From: an uncultured Desulfatiglans sp.
GTDB lineage: Bacteria; Desulfobacterota; DSM-4660; Desulfatiglandales; HGW-15
Length of the DNA: 64,000 bases
NCBI GenBank assembly: GCA_964643755.1
Contig: CAZXUA010000001.1
Location: forward strand, 15,173-79,172
Reading direction: 5' to 3'
This document shows positions 39,778-50,071 of this stretch, piece by piece. The position numbers and the translations under genes are program-made. Position 1 is the first letter of the stretch; every line of letters begins with the position of its first letter. The notes beneath the pieces are model-generated. The model was not told where the DNA came from. It worked only from the letters and a program-made list of their open reading frames with translations, and did no database searches.

Positions 39778-40731
39778 TTATTGAACTTTAACCCCTTCTA
39801 TGGCTGGTTGTTTTCCATTTAAGATAGGCAGTATGCATTCCTTCAGGAAATATTCAATACCTTTTTTATTAAAGTGCATATGATCATAATAGAATCTTTT
39901 ATCCTGCATAAATGATGCGCAGTTTACATAGGAAACGCTATCAACACCCTTAGCAGCTTTTCTTAAAAAGGCATCCACCTCCTTTAGCCCTGGGAAGTCC
40001 TTTATCAGGAGGGGCAGCATGACATAGGTAATCCGGCTTCCATGTTTTTTGACCATCCGGTTTATATTTTTAACCACATGGCCATAGGCAGTAAAGCCGT
40101 CCCGGTCATATTCACTGAGATAATATCTCCTAGCCTCCTCTATCTTGTTATTATCGATTGAACGGAGTGTGCCCAGTGTCAGACCTGGAGAGCCATACCT
40201 TGAGATCTTTTTAAAGTCTGTAACAGTGATCATCTTCATGTATGAAAAAAGTCTATCCAGGGGATAGCGGTCACGAACAAGTTTCAAGAAGATGGAGAAC
40301 TCAAAGGGTTCATCCTTCAGGAAAAAATCATTGTTTTCATTGTTGATTGATGAATAGAAGATAAAAGGATCAACCAGGTAAATCACATGATCTATTGTGT
40401 TACCCTGTTTAAGGAAGTTGTAGAGATGCACCTCTGCGGGCATCAGACCGCCTCCGCCTCCCTTCGAAATATTTGCTACCTTCCTATTAAGAATCTGCTT
40501 TACCATCTCATGATTGCCGTCACGGGAAAGCACGCGTCCCCTTGATGTGCCCAGGAAAACAACAGGGTAATGTTCGTTTTCACCATATGTGAGGAGGTTT
40601 GATTCACTCTCTGCATATGAGAGATGTATATCCCTGTGGCGTCCTGAAAAAGATGAAAGGAGTAAAAGCAGGATGCATAGATTAAGCATCCCGAAAATAA
40701 ATATTTTTATGATGAAAAGCCCTGCCTTCAT
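39778..40731 (-). CDS. DltD/AlgJ-X-like SGNH-fold protein (partner of MBOAT O-acyltransferase)
   Basis: N-terminal TM anchor, GTS(R) block I, and a C-terminal DHMHFNKKG (DxxH). It lies directly downstream of the MBOAT gene. Confidence 0.55.
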   Translation of the reverse strand: MKAGLFIIKIFIFGMLNLCILLLLLSSFSGRHRDIHLSYAESESNLLTYGENEHYPVVFLGTSRGRVLSRDGNHEMVKQILNRKVANISKGGGGGLMPAEVHLYNFLKQGNTIDHVIYLVDPFIFYSSINNENNDFFLKDEPFEFSIFLKLVRDRYPLDRLFSYMKMITVTDFKKISRYGSPGLTLGTLRSIDNNKIEEARRYYLSEYDRDGFTAYGHVVKNINRMVKKHGSRITYVMLPLLIKDFPGLKEVDAFLRKAAKGVDSVSYVNCASFMQDKRFYYDHMHFNKKGIEYFLKECILPILNGKQPAIEGVKVQ

Positions 40732-40863
40732 GTTCTGATATACACTAACCCCAATTCGCTAAAACTGGAAATATATAAATTCCTGCTTTACCCCGAACAC
40801 CACTGACAGAAACACCGCCCATACAGATATGGTATAAATTGTCCAGCGGAGAGTAATTGGAAA

Positions 40864-42213
40864 TTACCCAATCTTTTCATGTATCCACCCGTCTCTCTCA
40901 AATCTTTCAACAGCAAAGAGAAAAATGATCATGACTATCAAAAGGATAAATGAGGGGAGGTTAACCACGCCTGATACTGTATGGTTAAAATTAGAAATAT
41001 CCCAATTAAGGAACATTCGCCTGATAAATTAAAAGGCGCTAACCACAGAATCTGACCTGAAAAATATCCATGCAAATGTTACCATGCAGAATGTTGTTAT
41101 CACCCTGACCCCATGATGAACAGGTTCCAGCCTGACATTAAAAAACCTTGCAGTTATAAAACCTCGCCAGGCCTCAGTGACTTTCTCAGCTATCAGTATC
41201 ATACCGTGAAGGGCACCCCAGATCACAAATGTCCAGTTTGAGCCATGCCAAAGGCCGCTTATGACGAATGTAATAAAAATATTATAATTCCATCGCCATT
41301 TTGTTACCCGGTTTCCACCCAGGGGGATATAGAGATAATCACGGAACCAGGTTGAAAGCGAGATATGCCACCTTTGCCAGAAATCCTTAAGGGATGTGGC
41401 AAAGCATGGGTGCCTGAAATTTTCCATGAGGTCATATCCCACTATTCGGGCTCTCCCCCTTGCCATGTCTGTGTACCCTGAAAAATCACAGTAAATCTGA
41501 ACAGTATAAAACAGGGCTGCCATTACAAGAGGCATGCCATTGTATTCATCAACATGGTTGTGTACCCTGTTGACATACACTGCAAGATGATCAGCGATAA
41601 CTATTTTTTTGACCAGGCCCCAGAGTATGAGGCGCATGCCCTCTGTCACCTTCTGATAATCAAATGGATGGGTATCTCTTATTTGCGGAAAAAATAACCT
41701 TCCACGGTTTATCGGGCCTGACATTATCTGTGGCCAGAAGGAGGTAAACAATGCAAAAAAGCCTAGGTGCCTTTCTGCATTAACCTTGCCACTGTACACA
41801 TCAATCAGATAACCAAGGGACTGAAAAGTATAAAATGATATTCCTACCGGGAGCAGCATGGTCAGGATCGGGATATCAGCTGCTATGTTGATTGATTCAA
41901 GCATCTGTGTGGTTGTATGGCTGAAAAGATTAAAATACTTGAAAAGGAAAAGCATCCCGATGTTAAAGATAACCCCTGCCCATATGTATGGTCTTCTTCT
42001 ATTTTTTTCACTCATCTTTGCCATGATGATGCTCAGGGTATAATTCACCAGGGTCGATCCTGCAAGAAGGAATATATACTCAAATTTTGCATAACCATAA
42101 AAGAGGTAGCTCGAAACAAGCAATAGCTACCACCTGAACTTGTGAGGAGTGATATAATAAACCCCGGTGAGGATTATAAAAAACAGGGCAAAATGTAAGG
42201 AGGTAAATAGCAT
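40864..42213 (-). pseudogene. MBOAT-family (AlgI/DltB-like) O-acyltransferase with two in-frame stop codons
   Basis: A single 450-codon frame. MLFTSLHFALFFIILTGVYYITPHKFRW-TAG(42127-42129)-LLLVSSYLFYGY... runs through the track ORF, then ...SDSVVSAF-TAA(41029-41031)-FIRRMFLNWD...EKIG*. A conserved His (WHGSNW) is present. Confidence 0.75.
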
Positions 42214-42258
42214 GTTTGTCAGCGGTCAGTTAAAGAGTGATTCAGGGCTATCCCTGAA

Positions 42259-43734
42259 TCAAGGGAATACCGGAAGCGGTAAAAGAACCCTGAAGGTTGT
42301 CCCTTTTCCGGGCGTGCTTTCAACCTTGATAGTGCCGTTGTGCGCCTCTATTATCCCCTTGACTATTGAAAGCCCCAGCCCTGTCCCCATGACCTTTCTG
42401 GTTTTAGGATCCTTTACCCTGTAGAATTTATCAAATATCTTGGGAATCTCAGATGCAGGTATCCCCACGCCGGTGTCTGTCACCATGATCTCCAGAAGAT
42501 GGCTCAGGCAGCGGGCCTTAACAGTAACAACACCCCCCTCAGGCGAGTAGTTGATTGCATTGGTCAGGAGGTTATTGATTACCTCTGCAATCCTTTCAGG
42601 GTCTGCCTGAACAGGTTTCAGGTTTGTAAACTCATGCTTCAGGGTGATGCCGCCCGCCTCAGCCCTCTGTTCGAGAAGGGCAATTGTGTCAACTATTATC
42701 TTGCCTATGTCGGTTTGAGTATGATGATGCTCCTGTTTTTCAGACTCTATCTTTGCCATGTCCAGCAGGTCATTTATCATATCAAGGAGCTGATCCAGCT
42801 TCTCTCTGCCTCTTTCAAGAAATTCTGCCTGTTTGTCAGTAAGAGGCCCTGCAAGCCCTTCCAAAAGCACACTGTTCTGCTGTCTGATGGCTGATATGGG
42901 GCTTCTCAGTTCATGGGCAACCATGTTAACAAAATCGGATTTCATGGCATCAAGTTTCTTAAAGGCTGTGATATCCTCAAGCACTGTAACAGTGCCGACT
43001 ACAGAGTTGTCAGGGCCATAAGCCGGCGCTGAAATCGCACTTAAGATATTTTTTTTAAGCTCTATCTCCTGTGATACTGCCCTTTTCTCAGGCGATGCCT
43101 CTGACTGAATATCGTTAAGGGTCCTGAGCAGCCTTTCATCCTTTATGATCCCTGTTACAGGGATAGGTGAATCCACGTGATCAGTGATTTCAAGAAGCCT
43201 CATGAGGGCGGGGTTATAGAGGACAATCTCCATATTCCTGTTTGTAACCATAACGCCATTAGCCATGCAGTTTATAATGGTTTTAAGCCTGCTCTTCTCA
43301 AGGGTCAGGTCATAGAGGTTGCGTATATTTTCCTCTTCATACTGCCTTGCCTTTAGTTCAAGCAGCCTTTTTTCAGATGCACGATTTACAGTAAGCAGCA
43401 ACTGATCTATCTGGAAAGGCTTTGTAATAAAGGAGAATGCCCCATTTTTCATGCATTCAACAGCGGTATCTATGGTAACATGACCGGTGATAATGATAAC
43501 AGGTATATCAGGATAGAGCCTGTAGGTCTGCTCCAGCACCTCCTCTCCGCTCATGACAGGCATTTTCAGATCAAGTAGTATGACATCCACCGATCCCTTT
43601 TCAAGAAAGGAGAGCGCCTCCTGGCCGTTTTCAACACAGATCACCTCATATTTATTATCGGTAAGGATACGGCGGCAACCGTCCCTGATCACCTTTTCAT
43701 CATCCACAACAAGTATTCTGATCTGTTTATCCAT
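42259..43734 (-). CDS. hybrid response regulator-histidine kinase (REC-PAS-HisKA-HATPase)
   Basis: N-terminal REC (ILVVDDE...DLKMP), then a PAS region, an H-box VAHELRSPI, and an ATPase G-boxes segment ([11 protein letters not shown]). Confidence 0.85.
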   Translation of the reverse strand: MDKQIRILVVDDEKVIRDGCRRILTDNKYEVICVENGQEALSFLEKGSVDVILLDLKMPVMSGEEVLEQTYRLYPDIPVIIITGHVTIDTAVECMKNGAFSFITKPFQIDQLLLTVNRASEKRLLELKARQYEEENIRNLYDLTLEKSRLKTIINCMANGVMVTNRNMEIVLYNPALMRLLEITDHVDSPIPVTGIIKDERLLRTLNDIQSEASPEKRAVSQEIELKKNILSAISAPAYGPDNSVVGTVTVLEDITAFKKLDAMKSDFVNMVAHELRSPISAIRQQNSVLLEGLAGPLTDKQAEFLERGREKLDQLLDMINDLLDMAKIESEKQEHHHTQTDIGKIIVDTIALLEQRAEAGGITLKHEFTNLKPVQADPERIAEVINNLLTNAINYSPEGGVVTVKARCLSHLLEIMVTDTGVGIPASEIPKIFDKFYRVKDPKTRKVMGTGLGLSIVKGIIEAHNGTIKVESTPGKGTTFRVLLPLPVFP

Positions 43735-43759
43735 GATTTATAATGCTTTGAAATAGAGG

Positions 43760-45736
43760 TTATTCCTTCTGCTGATCCACAAATCCCATTGGGAGTTCTA
43801 TCGTAAACTCAGTCCCTTTACCGGGCTCGCTATCCACCGTGATGCTCCCGCCATGGAGCTGAAGAATGTTTTTTGTTATGCTTAACCCAAGACCTGTCCC
43901 CTTGCCAACAGGCTTTGTAGTAAAAAATATCTCAAATATCTTTTCTTTAAGTTCATCAGGTATGCCTGGGCCTGTGTCTGCCACTTTTATTATGAAATAC
44001 TCCCTCTTATAGTCAAACCTGACATTGATCTTAAGCTGCCCCTTGCCCTCCATTGCATCTGCCGCATTAATAAAAAGGTTAGTAAAGACCTGCTGAAGCT
44101 GCCCCATATCAGCGGCAATTGAGGGCATATTGGCGTCTATCTCCTTTATAATATCTACATTCTGAAAAAGGGGCTGGTTAATGAGCAGGTTCAGGGATTT
44201 GTCTATGAGTATAGCAAGGTTAAAGGATGTAAATTTGCCAACAGTCTGCCTGCTGAATTCGAGCAGGTCAGAGACAATCTTTTTACATCTGAGTGTCTGA
44301 TCTATTATCTCCTGTATATCCTCTATGTTCTGTCTGTTTTCCGATTCCAGCAGCATAAGATTCTTTTTTATCAGCTCAGCGTATATCATGATGCCTGAAA
44401 GGGGGTTATTGATCTCATGGGCGACACCAGCGGCCATCCTGCCTATGGATGCGATCTTTTCAGACCTGACAAGCTGAAAATGGGCCTCTTCAAGGTTTTT
44501 GCGCATTTCAAGTATCTCCCGCATATCTGTAAAGACGCCTACGCTACCCACCTCTTTGCCATCGATGACTATAATAGATGCGCTCAATGTTACAGGTATC
44601 TCTTCACCGGTTTTTGTTTTTATTGACCAGCTTGTTGGGTTAAGCTTCCCTTTGGGGCCGTATTTGCCGCTCCTCATCTTTATCAGGTTTTCCCTTGCGG
44701 TTTCCATATCGCAAAAATTGCTTATATGGCCATTCTTAACCATCTCCTCAGCCTTGAAACCGGTAAGCCTCTCCATTCCCTCATTAAAGAGCAGGATCTT
44801 TCCCTTCTGGTTTACAACAATAATACCATCCACTGTGCTCTGTATCACATTCTGTAAAAATGTATTGGATTTCTGCGCCTCCTGTTCGAGCCTGACCTTT
44901 TCAGTAACATCCCTTGACGCCTCCAGTATCTGTACTATCTCACCCCTGTCATTATATATGGGTGTGAGGGTAACAACCTCAAACCTGCTCCTGTTATTTG
45001 CATCAACATACTCCTCTATTGTGCTGTAGATGCCTTTTCCCCTGATCTCATCCATATAAAGGTCAATATAGCATCTTCCATTTTCTCGTGTGCAGGGGCG
45101 GTTTCTGCAGAGGCCGAAATCAATCTCATAACAGTGTTTGCCATAGGCATTATCTTCAGTAAGATGATAGGCGTCTAAAAAGGTCTTGTTCACTGTCTCT
45201 ATACTTTTGTCCATGTTTATTACCATGATCCGGTAGGGGAGGTAATCAGGGATCAGTTTAGACTTTTTGCTCATCGATGAGATGTAATTTCCGAATTTTT
45301 TTTCAAGGGACTCGGTTTCAACCTCATTCTGTAAAAGCCCCCAGAGCAGGAGGCTTGCAAAGTGGTCAAGAAAGGATATAGAGGTGGGTTTTGCATCTAC
45401 AATGCTTTTTACCACTTCAAGGGAGCCGGTTAACTCTATAATCAGATTCAGCCCTTCAATATTAAAGAGATCATGATAATCATTTGAGGTAAAAAGCCCC
45501 TTTTCTCTTGCAAGGGTAATTCCCGGGGCATCTGGGTTGATGTCCACAACACCGGCTATCTCCATCTTAAGCCTGGTTAATGGTATCTCCTCCAGTATTT
45601 TTAGGATGCTGTAGCATATCTTTCCGCCGCCAACAATGCCGGCCTTGAAATATATATCAGAGAGGTCTTTCCTTATGGAGCTGCCTGTCTCACGGATCAT
45701 CCTCTCAAAGGGATTTTTTTCCTGTCTGTTTTCCAA
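43760..45736 (-). CDS. cytoplasmic sensor histidine kinase with N-terminal Rossmann-type NAD-binding-like domain and PAS domains
   Basis: GIVGGGKIC dinucleotide-fold motif, no TM helix, two PAS-like regions, an H-box VAHEINNPL and [11 protein letters not shown]. The TTG start abuts the metF stop. The start is uncertain. Confidence 0.8.
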   Translation of the reverse strand: MENRQEKNPFERMIRETGSSIRKDLSDIYFKAGIVGGGKICYSILKILEEIPLTRLKMEIAGVVDINPDAPGITLAREKGLFTSNDYHDLFNIEGLNLIIELTGSLEVVKSIVDAKPTSISFLDHFASLLLWGLLQNEVETESLEKKFGNYISSMSKKSKLIPDYLPYRIMVINMDKSIETVNKTFLDAYHLTEDNAYGKHCYEIDFGLCRNRPCTRENGRCYIDLYMDEIRGKGIYSTIEEYVDANNRSRFEVVTLTPIYNDRGEIVQILEASRDVTEKVRLEQEAQKSNTFLQNVIQSTVDGIIVVNQKGKILLFNEGMERLTGFKAEEMVKNGHISNFCDMETARENLIKMRSGKYGPKGKLNPTSWSIKTKTGEEIPVTLSASIIVIDGKEVGSVGVFTDMREILEMRKNLEEAHFQLVRSEKIASIGRMAAGVAHEINNPLSGIMIYAELIKKNLMLLESENRQNIEDIQEIIDQTLRCKKIVSDLLEFSRQTVGKFTSFNLAILIDKSLNLLINQPLFQNVDIIKEIDANMPSIAADMGQLQQVFTNLFINAADAMEGKGQLKINVRFDYKREYFIIKVADTGPGIPDELKEKIFEIFFTTKPVGKGTGLGLSITKNILQLHGGSITVDSEPGKGTEFTIELPMGFVDQQKE

Positions 45737-46669
45737 TTATTCTACCGGCCTTGGCAGTACCTTTGCCTTTTCTGCGATTTCAGGCACCCTGTGTTCCCAC
45801 TCAATGGCCATGAGGTGCACTCCTGAAATCCCCTTCATCTCCTTGAACTCCTCGATCTGTTCAACAACGATCCTGATCCCCTCATCTGCCGCATTGCCGG
45901 GGCCTGCCCCCTTGAGCCTCTCTATAAGAGAGTCAGGCACATCCATGCCAGGGACCGATTTTGCCATGTACCTTGCCATGCCGACGCTCTTTAATGGCGA
46001 AACCCCTGCAAGTATATAACATTTTTCATGGAGCCCCATGTCAACAACCCTTTTCATGAACTCCCTGAACTTATCCATATTATATATGCACTGGGTCTGA
46101 ATAAAATCCGCCCCTGCATTTATCTTGTTTGCGAGCCTGTAGGGCCTGTAATCAAAGGGGTCTGCAAACGGGTTTTCCGCTGCGCCTATGAATAGCCTTG
46201 GGGCGCAGTCTATCTCCTCGTCATTAAGAAATTTGCCCTCATCCCTCATCTTTTTTACAAGGGAGATGAGCTGCATGGAGTCAAGGTCATATACATTCTT
46301 TGCCTCAGGGTGGTTTCCAAAACTCTGATGGTCGCCTGTGAGGCACAGGATATTACGTATCCCTACAGTGTATGCGCCCAGTATGTCGCTCATCATGGCG
46401 AGCCTGTTTTTGTCGCGGCATACCATCTGAAAGTTGGGCTCCATCCCTTCAGCGATAATAACCGTTGAGGCTGCCCAGCTTGACATCCTTACAACAGCAG
46501 TCGGGTTATCAGTCACATTTACTGCATCCACCATGCCTTTGAGGTGATGTATCTTCTCTTTCAGATGTTCTATATTTGCCCCTTTTGGCGGGCCGCATTC
46601 ACCGGTAAAGGCAAAGTGGCCTGCCTTGAGCACCTTTTCCAGATTGCTTCCTGATTTAAATTTGCTCAT
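45737..46669 (-). CDS. metF: methylenetetrahydrofolate reductase (MetF, anaerobe type)
   Basis: TIM-barrel MTHFR blocks (NVTDNP, CLTGDH). It is translationally coupled to the upstream MetV-like gene. Confidence 0.85.
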   Translation of the reverse strand: MSKFKSGSNLEKVLKAGHFAFTGECGPPKGANIEHLKEKIHHLKGMVDAVNVTDNPTAVVRMSSWAASTVIIAEGMEPNFQMVCRDKNRLAMMSDILGAYTVGIRNILCLTGDHQSFGNHPEAKNVYDLDSMQLISLVKKMRDEGKFLNDEEIDCAPRLFIGAAENPFADPFDYRPYRLANKINAGADFIQTQCIYNMDKFREFMKRVVDMGLHEKCYILAGVSPLKSVGMARYMAKSVPGMDVPDSLIERLKGAGPGNAADEGIRIVVEQIEEFKEMKGISGVHLMAIEWEHRVPEIAEKAKVLPRPVE

Positions 46670-47334
46670 ATGGCAATATCCTCCCTGATGCTTCTGCGGG
46701 GGCCGCCATCCTTTGCTGTTCTCCAGTCCTTGGCAGGCCTGTTATTAAGCAGGTCATTCAATCTCCCCTGTTTTATCTTTTTCATGACAATGGTGTCCCA
46801 TATGCATTCTGTATCTTTTGATACCTCACATTTGCCGTTTGAAGAACCCCCGCATGGGCCATTCAGCAGGCTTTTTGAGCAGCGGGCAACAGGGCACAAT
46901 CCATCATAGTAATGAACCACGCAGGCGCCGCACCCGGCGCATCTCTCTTCCCATACGCCGTGCCTGACGGCCCCGCCAAATGATGTCGTGTTAACAGCAG
47001 GATAAACCCTTGTGCCAGGGTATCTCTCTGAAAGAAACTGCGGCCCTACGCCGCATGCCATGGTTAAAACCGCCTCATAGTCACCAATTATATCCTTGAC
47101 CATATCGACATATTCCGGGTCGCACTGCCTCTCCAGTGTCTTTTCATGTATCTCAATCGGGTTTTCTTCCCTTTTCCTTGCTATCTTAATAATGCTTGCA
47201 AGTATCCCAACCTCCTTTGCTCCGCCGATATTGCATACTGTAACGCACCCTTTGCAGCCGAGCAGAAGCACCTTTTTATATCCCTTTACCATATCCAGTA
47301 TCTCTGGTATGGGTTTTCTATCAGCAATTATCAT
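46666..47334 (-). CDS. metV: MetV-like Cys-rich subunit (MTHFR C-terminal-domain protein)
   Basis: Cys clusters CKGCVTVC and CAGCGACV...CPVARC...CGG...KCE. Overlaps metF by 4 nt. Confidence 0.75.
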   Translation of the reverse strand: MIIADRKPIPEILDMVKGYKKVLLLGCKGCVTVCNIGGAKEVGILASIIKIARKREENPIEIHEKTLERQCDPEYVDMVKDIIGDYEAVLTMACGVGPQFLSERYPGTRVYPAVNTTSFGGAVRHGVWEERCAGCGACVVHYYDGLCPVARCSKSLLNGPCGGSSNGKCEVSKDTECIWDTIVMKKIKQGRLNDLLNNRPAKDWRTAKDGGPRRSIREDIAI

Positions 47335-47606
47335 ATAAAAACCTCTTTTCCTGATAATCCAGTTTTTTCATATATTAAGGTTATCAAATATTATATAAGA
47401 GGATTGGAAGTCAAGTTTGAAGAGACCGGACGGCTGATTTTATCTGTACCTCTTTTATCTCTTGACATACTAATGGATAAAATATTATGAAAAATCCGCT
47501 CCATAATTTATTATTGAATTGTAAATAATACATAAAATAAGCTGATTTAGCATAAACACTTAACAAGCTTTTAAAAAAATAAAACCATTAGCGGAGGAAT
47601 GATCTT

Positions 47607-48803
47607 ATGCTGACAAGGGCCTATATTCCTTATAAAGGGTACTATTCTAGTCCATTCTGCAAGTGGCAGGGACAGCTCTCAACCTTTAATCCTATTATAC
47701 TTGGCGCTGAAACTGCAAAAAGGTGGTTTGCCAATGCAGCCATTGACCCGACTGTGGTGGATTACCTATACTATGGCGCAACTGTTGCAGCCAACAGGAT
47801 GTTTTATGCCCATACATGGTCAGGGGCGATCCTTATGGATGGCAAAAAGGATATACCCGGGCTCTATGTTCATCAGGCATGTACAACCGCTGCTACATGC
47901 ATACATCTGGCCGCAATAAATGTTGAGGCAAAGACATTTGATACGGCATTCACACTCATGTCTGACCGTATGTCAAACGGGCCGCACCTTGTCTGGCCCA
48001 ACCCGAACGGGCCTGGCGGTGAAGTCATATCAGAAAACTGGAATATGGATAACATCAATAATGACCCGTCAGGCGGGCTCAAGATGATCCAGACAGCGGA
48101 ACTTGTGGCAAAAGAGGCAGGCATAACAAGGGAGGAGTGTGATGAGCTTACATTAAGGAGATATGAGCAGTACCTTGATTCCTTGGCAGACAACAGGGCA
48201 TTCCAGAAGAGGTATATGTTCCCCATTGAGGCAAATATTTCAAAGAAAAAGACAATACTTGTTGAAGAGGATGAAGGCATTACACCCACCACAGCCGAGG
48301 GGCTTGCAGGGTTAAAGCCTGTTGAACCGGGCGGGGTGCTCACCTACGGCACTCAGACCCATCCTGCAGATGGCAACTGTGGTTTTATTGTAACCACCAG
48401 GGAAAAGGCAAAGGAGTTGAGCAAGGAGCCTGGCCTTGAGATTCAGATTGTATCATACGGCTATGCAAGGGCGCCAAAGGCCAGGATGGCAGCAGCCCCT
48501 GTACCTGCCGCAGAAAAGGCACTTGAGCAGGTCGGGCTTAAGATAAATGATATAAAGGCAATAAAGACCCATAACCCCTTTATTGTTAATGACCTTAACA
48601 TGGCCAAAAAGATGAACATTAATGCCATGTCCATGAATAACTATGGCAGTTCCCTGATCTATGGGCACCCCCAGGCCCCTACAGCAGGGAGGCTTATCTG
48701 TGAACTTATTGAAGAGCTGGTTGTTAAGGGCGGAGGATACGGCCTCTTTACCGGGTGCGCCGCAGGGGATACAGGCGCATCACTGATTGTTAAGGTAGGG
48801 TAG
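47607..48803 (+). CDS. thiolase-family protein
   Basis: Active-site region VHQACTTAA, a C-terminal GHPQAPTAGR block and GCAAGDTGASLIV. Confidence 0.75.
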   Translation: MLTRAYIPYKGYYSSPFCKWQGQLSTFNPIILGAETAKRWFANAAIDPTVVDYLYYGATVAANRMFYAHTWSGAILMDGKKDIPGLYVHQACTTAATCIHLAAINVEAKTFDTAFTLMSDRMSNGPHLVWPNPNGPGGEVISENWNMDNINNDPSGGLKMIQTAELVAKEAGITREECDELTLRRYEQYLDSLADNRAFQKRYMFPIEANISKKKTILVEEDEGITPTTAEGLAGLKPVEPGGVLTYGTQTHPADGNCGFIVTTREKAKELSKEPGLEIQIVSYGYARAPKARMAAAPVPAAEKALEQVGLKINDIKAIKTHNPFIVNDLNMAKKMNINAMSMNNYGSSLIYGHPQAPTAGRLICELIEELVVKGGGYGLFTGCAAGDTGASLIVKVG

Positions 48804-48872
48804 CTCTCTTTTACTGATGTTTTTCGGAATTGCTGTGATCGTTAAGAGGATCAGACTTTAACTTAAAAAGAG

Positions 48873-49748
48873 ATGAATATGAAACAGATAATTTCGTTAT
48901 TCTTACTTCTTGCGATGCTGTTTTTATTAACAAATTGTAATAACAGAACACACTTTAATAATTATTTAAATAGCCCTCCGCTTGCAAATCAGTACGCTGC
49001 TAACGGTAACATTTTAACGAATAATAAAAAGTATGATGAGGCAATATCATATTTTAATAAAGCCATCAATATAGATCCTAAGAATAGTATGTACTACTGT
49101 AATCGTGGAGAAGCCTATTTTTTAAATAACCAAAATGTTGAAGCATTTGCTGATTTTAATAGAGCTATTGAATTGGATACTAATATCCCTAATGCCTACT
49201 TTTATCGTGGAGCGGTTTACATGAAGGATGAAAAAGTCGGTAAGGCAATAATAGAGTTTAATATAGCTATTCAAAAAGACCCAGATTACGCTGAAGCCTA
49301 TTTATACAGAGGAATTGCGTATGAAAAAACAGGTGAAATAGATAAGGCCAATGCCGACAAGAAAAGGGCAAAAGACCTTGAACCAAGGGTTGAAGCCATT
49401 CTTAAAAGAAGTATAAATCCTGAGATTGATGAATCTGTTGACCCTGAAACAATATACACATTGAGCGAAGTGGAAATCCCTCCAAAAGTTGTATACACAG
49501 TTCCACCCAGATATCCCATTGATGCATATAAAAATAATATCTCAGGGTATGTAAAACTAAAGTATGTCGTGACAAAAGAGGGCAAAACAAAAGATATAAC
49601 AATTAAAGAATCGTCACCGAAAGGCGTTTTTGAGACCTCAGCAATCGAGGCTGTTGAACAGTATCGTTTTAATCCTGCTGTCAAGAAAGGTCAGACTGTT
49701 AATGTAAGTGTTAATATGCCAATCCAGTTTGATGTTAAAACTAAATAG
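48873..49748 (+). CDS. lipoprotein with TPR repeats and C-terminal TonB_C domain
   Basis: LLTNC lipobox-like signal, 4-5 TPR units, and a C-terminal PPRYPIDAYKNNISGYVKLKYVVTKEGK...NPAVKKGQ block. Confidence 0.7.
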   Translation: MNMKQIISLFLLLAMLFLLTNCNNRTHFNNYLNSPPLANQYAANGNILTNNKKYDEAISYFNKAINIDPKNSMYYCNRGEAYFLNNQNVEAFADFNRAIELDTNIPNAYFYRGAVYMKDEKVGKAIIEFNIAIQKDPDYAEAYLYRGIAYEKTGEIDKANADKKRAKDLEPRVEAILKRSINPEIDESVDPETIYTLSEVEIPPKVVYTVPPRYPIDAYKNNISGYVKLKYVVTKEGKTKDITIKESSPKGVFETSAIEAVEQYRFNPAVKKGQTVNVSVNMPIQFDVKTK

Positions 49749-50071
49749 CGTCTATAAAAATTTTAGGTTATGAATCATAATGTGTTACTTCTCAAAAAGA
49801 GGCTTGTTTGATGGTTGTAGGCGGTAAAAGGACGCTGAACGTCAAAGCGGATGATCACATGTAGACCTTGGAAACAAGGAGCTCTGAGTAATCCTCATCT
49901 ATTTTTTCAGATAACAATTTTATGTGCCGGACAAAAATTTTATCTCATGCATTTAGGTTATTGTAGTTTAAGGGCAGCTTCAAAATGGAGGACTTGATAG
50001 CCTAACGAAAATATCTAATCAAATTGGAATATTCTGCCGATCTACTGGTATCATAATAAAGGGGGCTTATT

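Noticed and set aside
42167-42424. Plus-strand 85-aa ORF with an apparently perfect RBS (TAAGGAGGTAAATAGC-ATG at 42196-42214)
   Set aside because: It lies antisense to the histidine-kinase 3' end and the MBOAT 5' end. The AAGGAGG is the complement of MBOAT codons for F-T-S-L. The peptide has no recognisable features, so this is coincidence.
50016-50043. Sigma28 (FliA)-like promoter TAATCAAA-N12-GCCGATCT upstream of the calcium-loop protein
   Set aside because: The -10-like GCCGAT is good, but the -35 part matches only TAA and the spacing is one nt off. There is no flagellar context in the window. Too weak to call.
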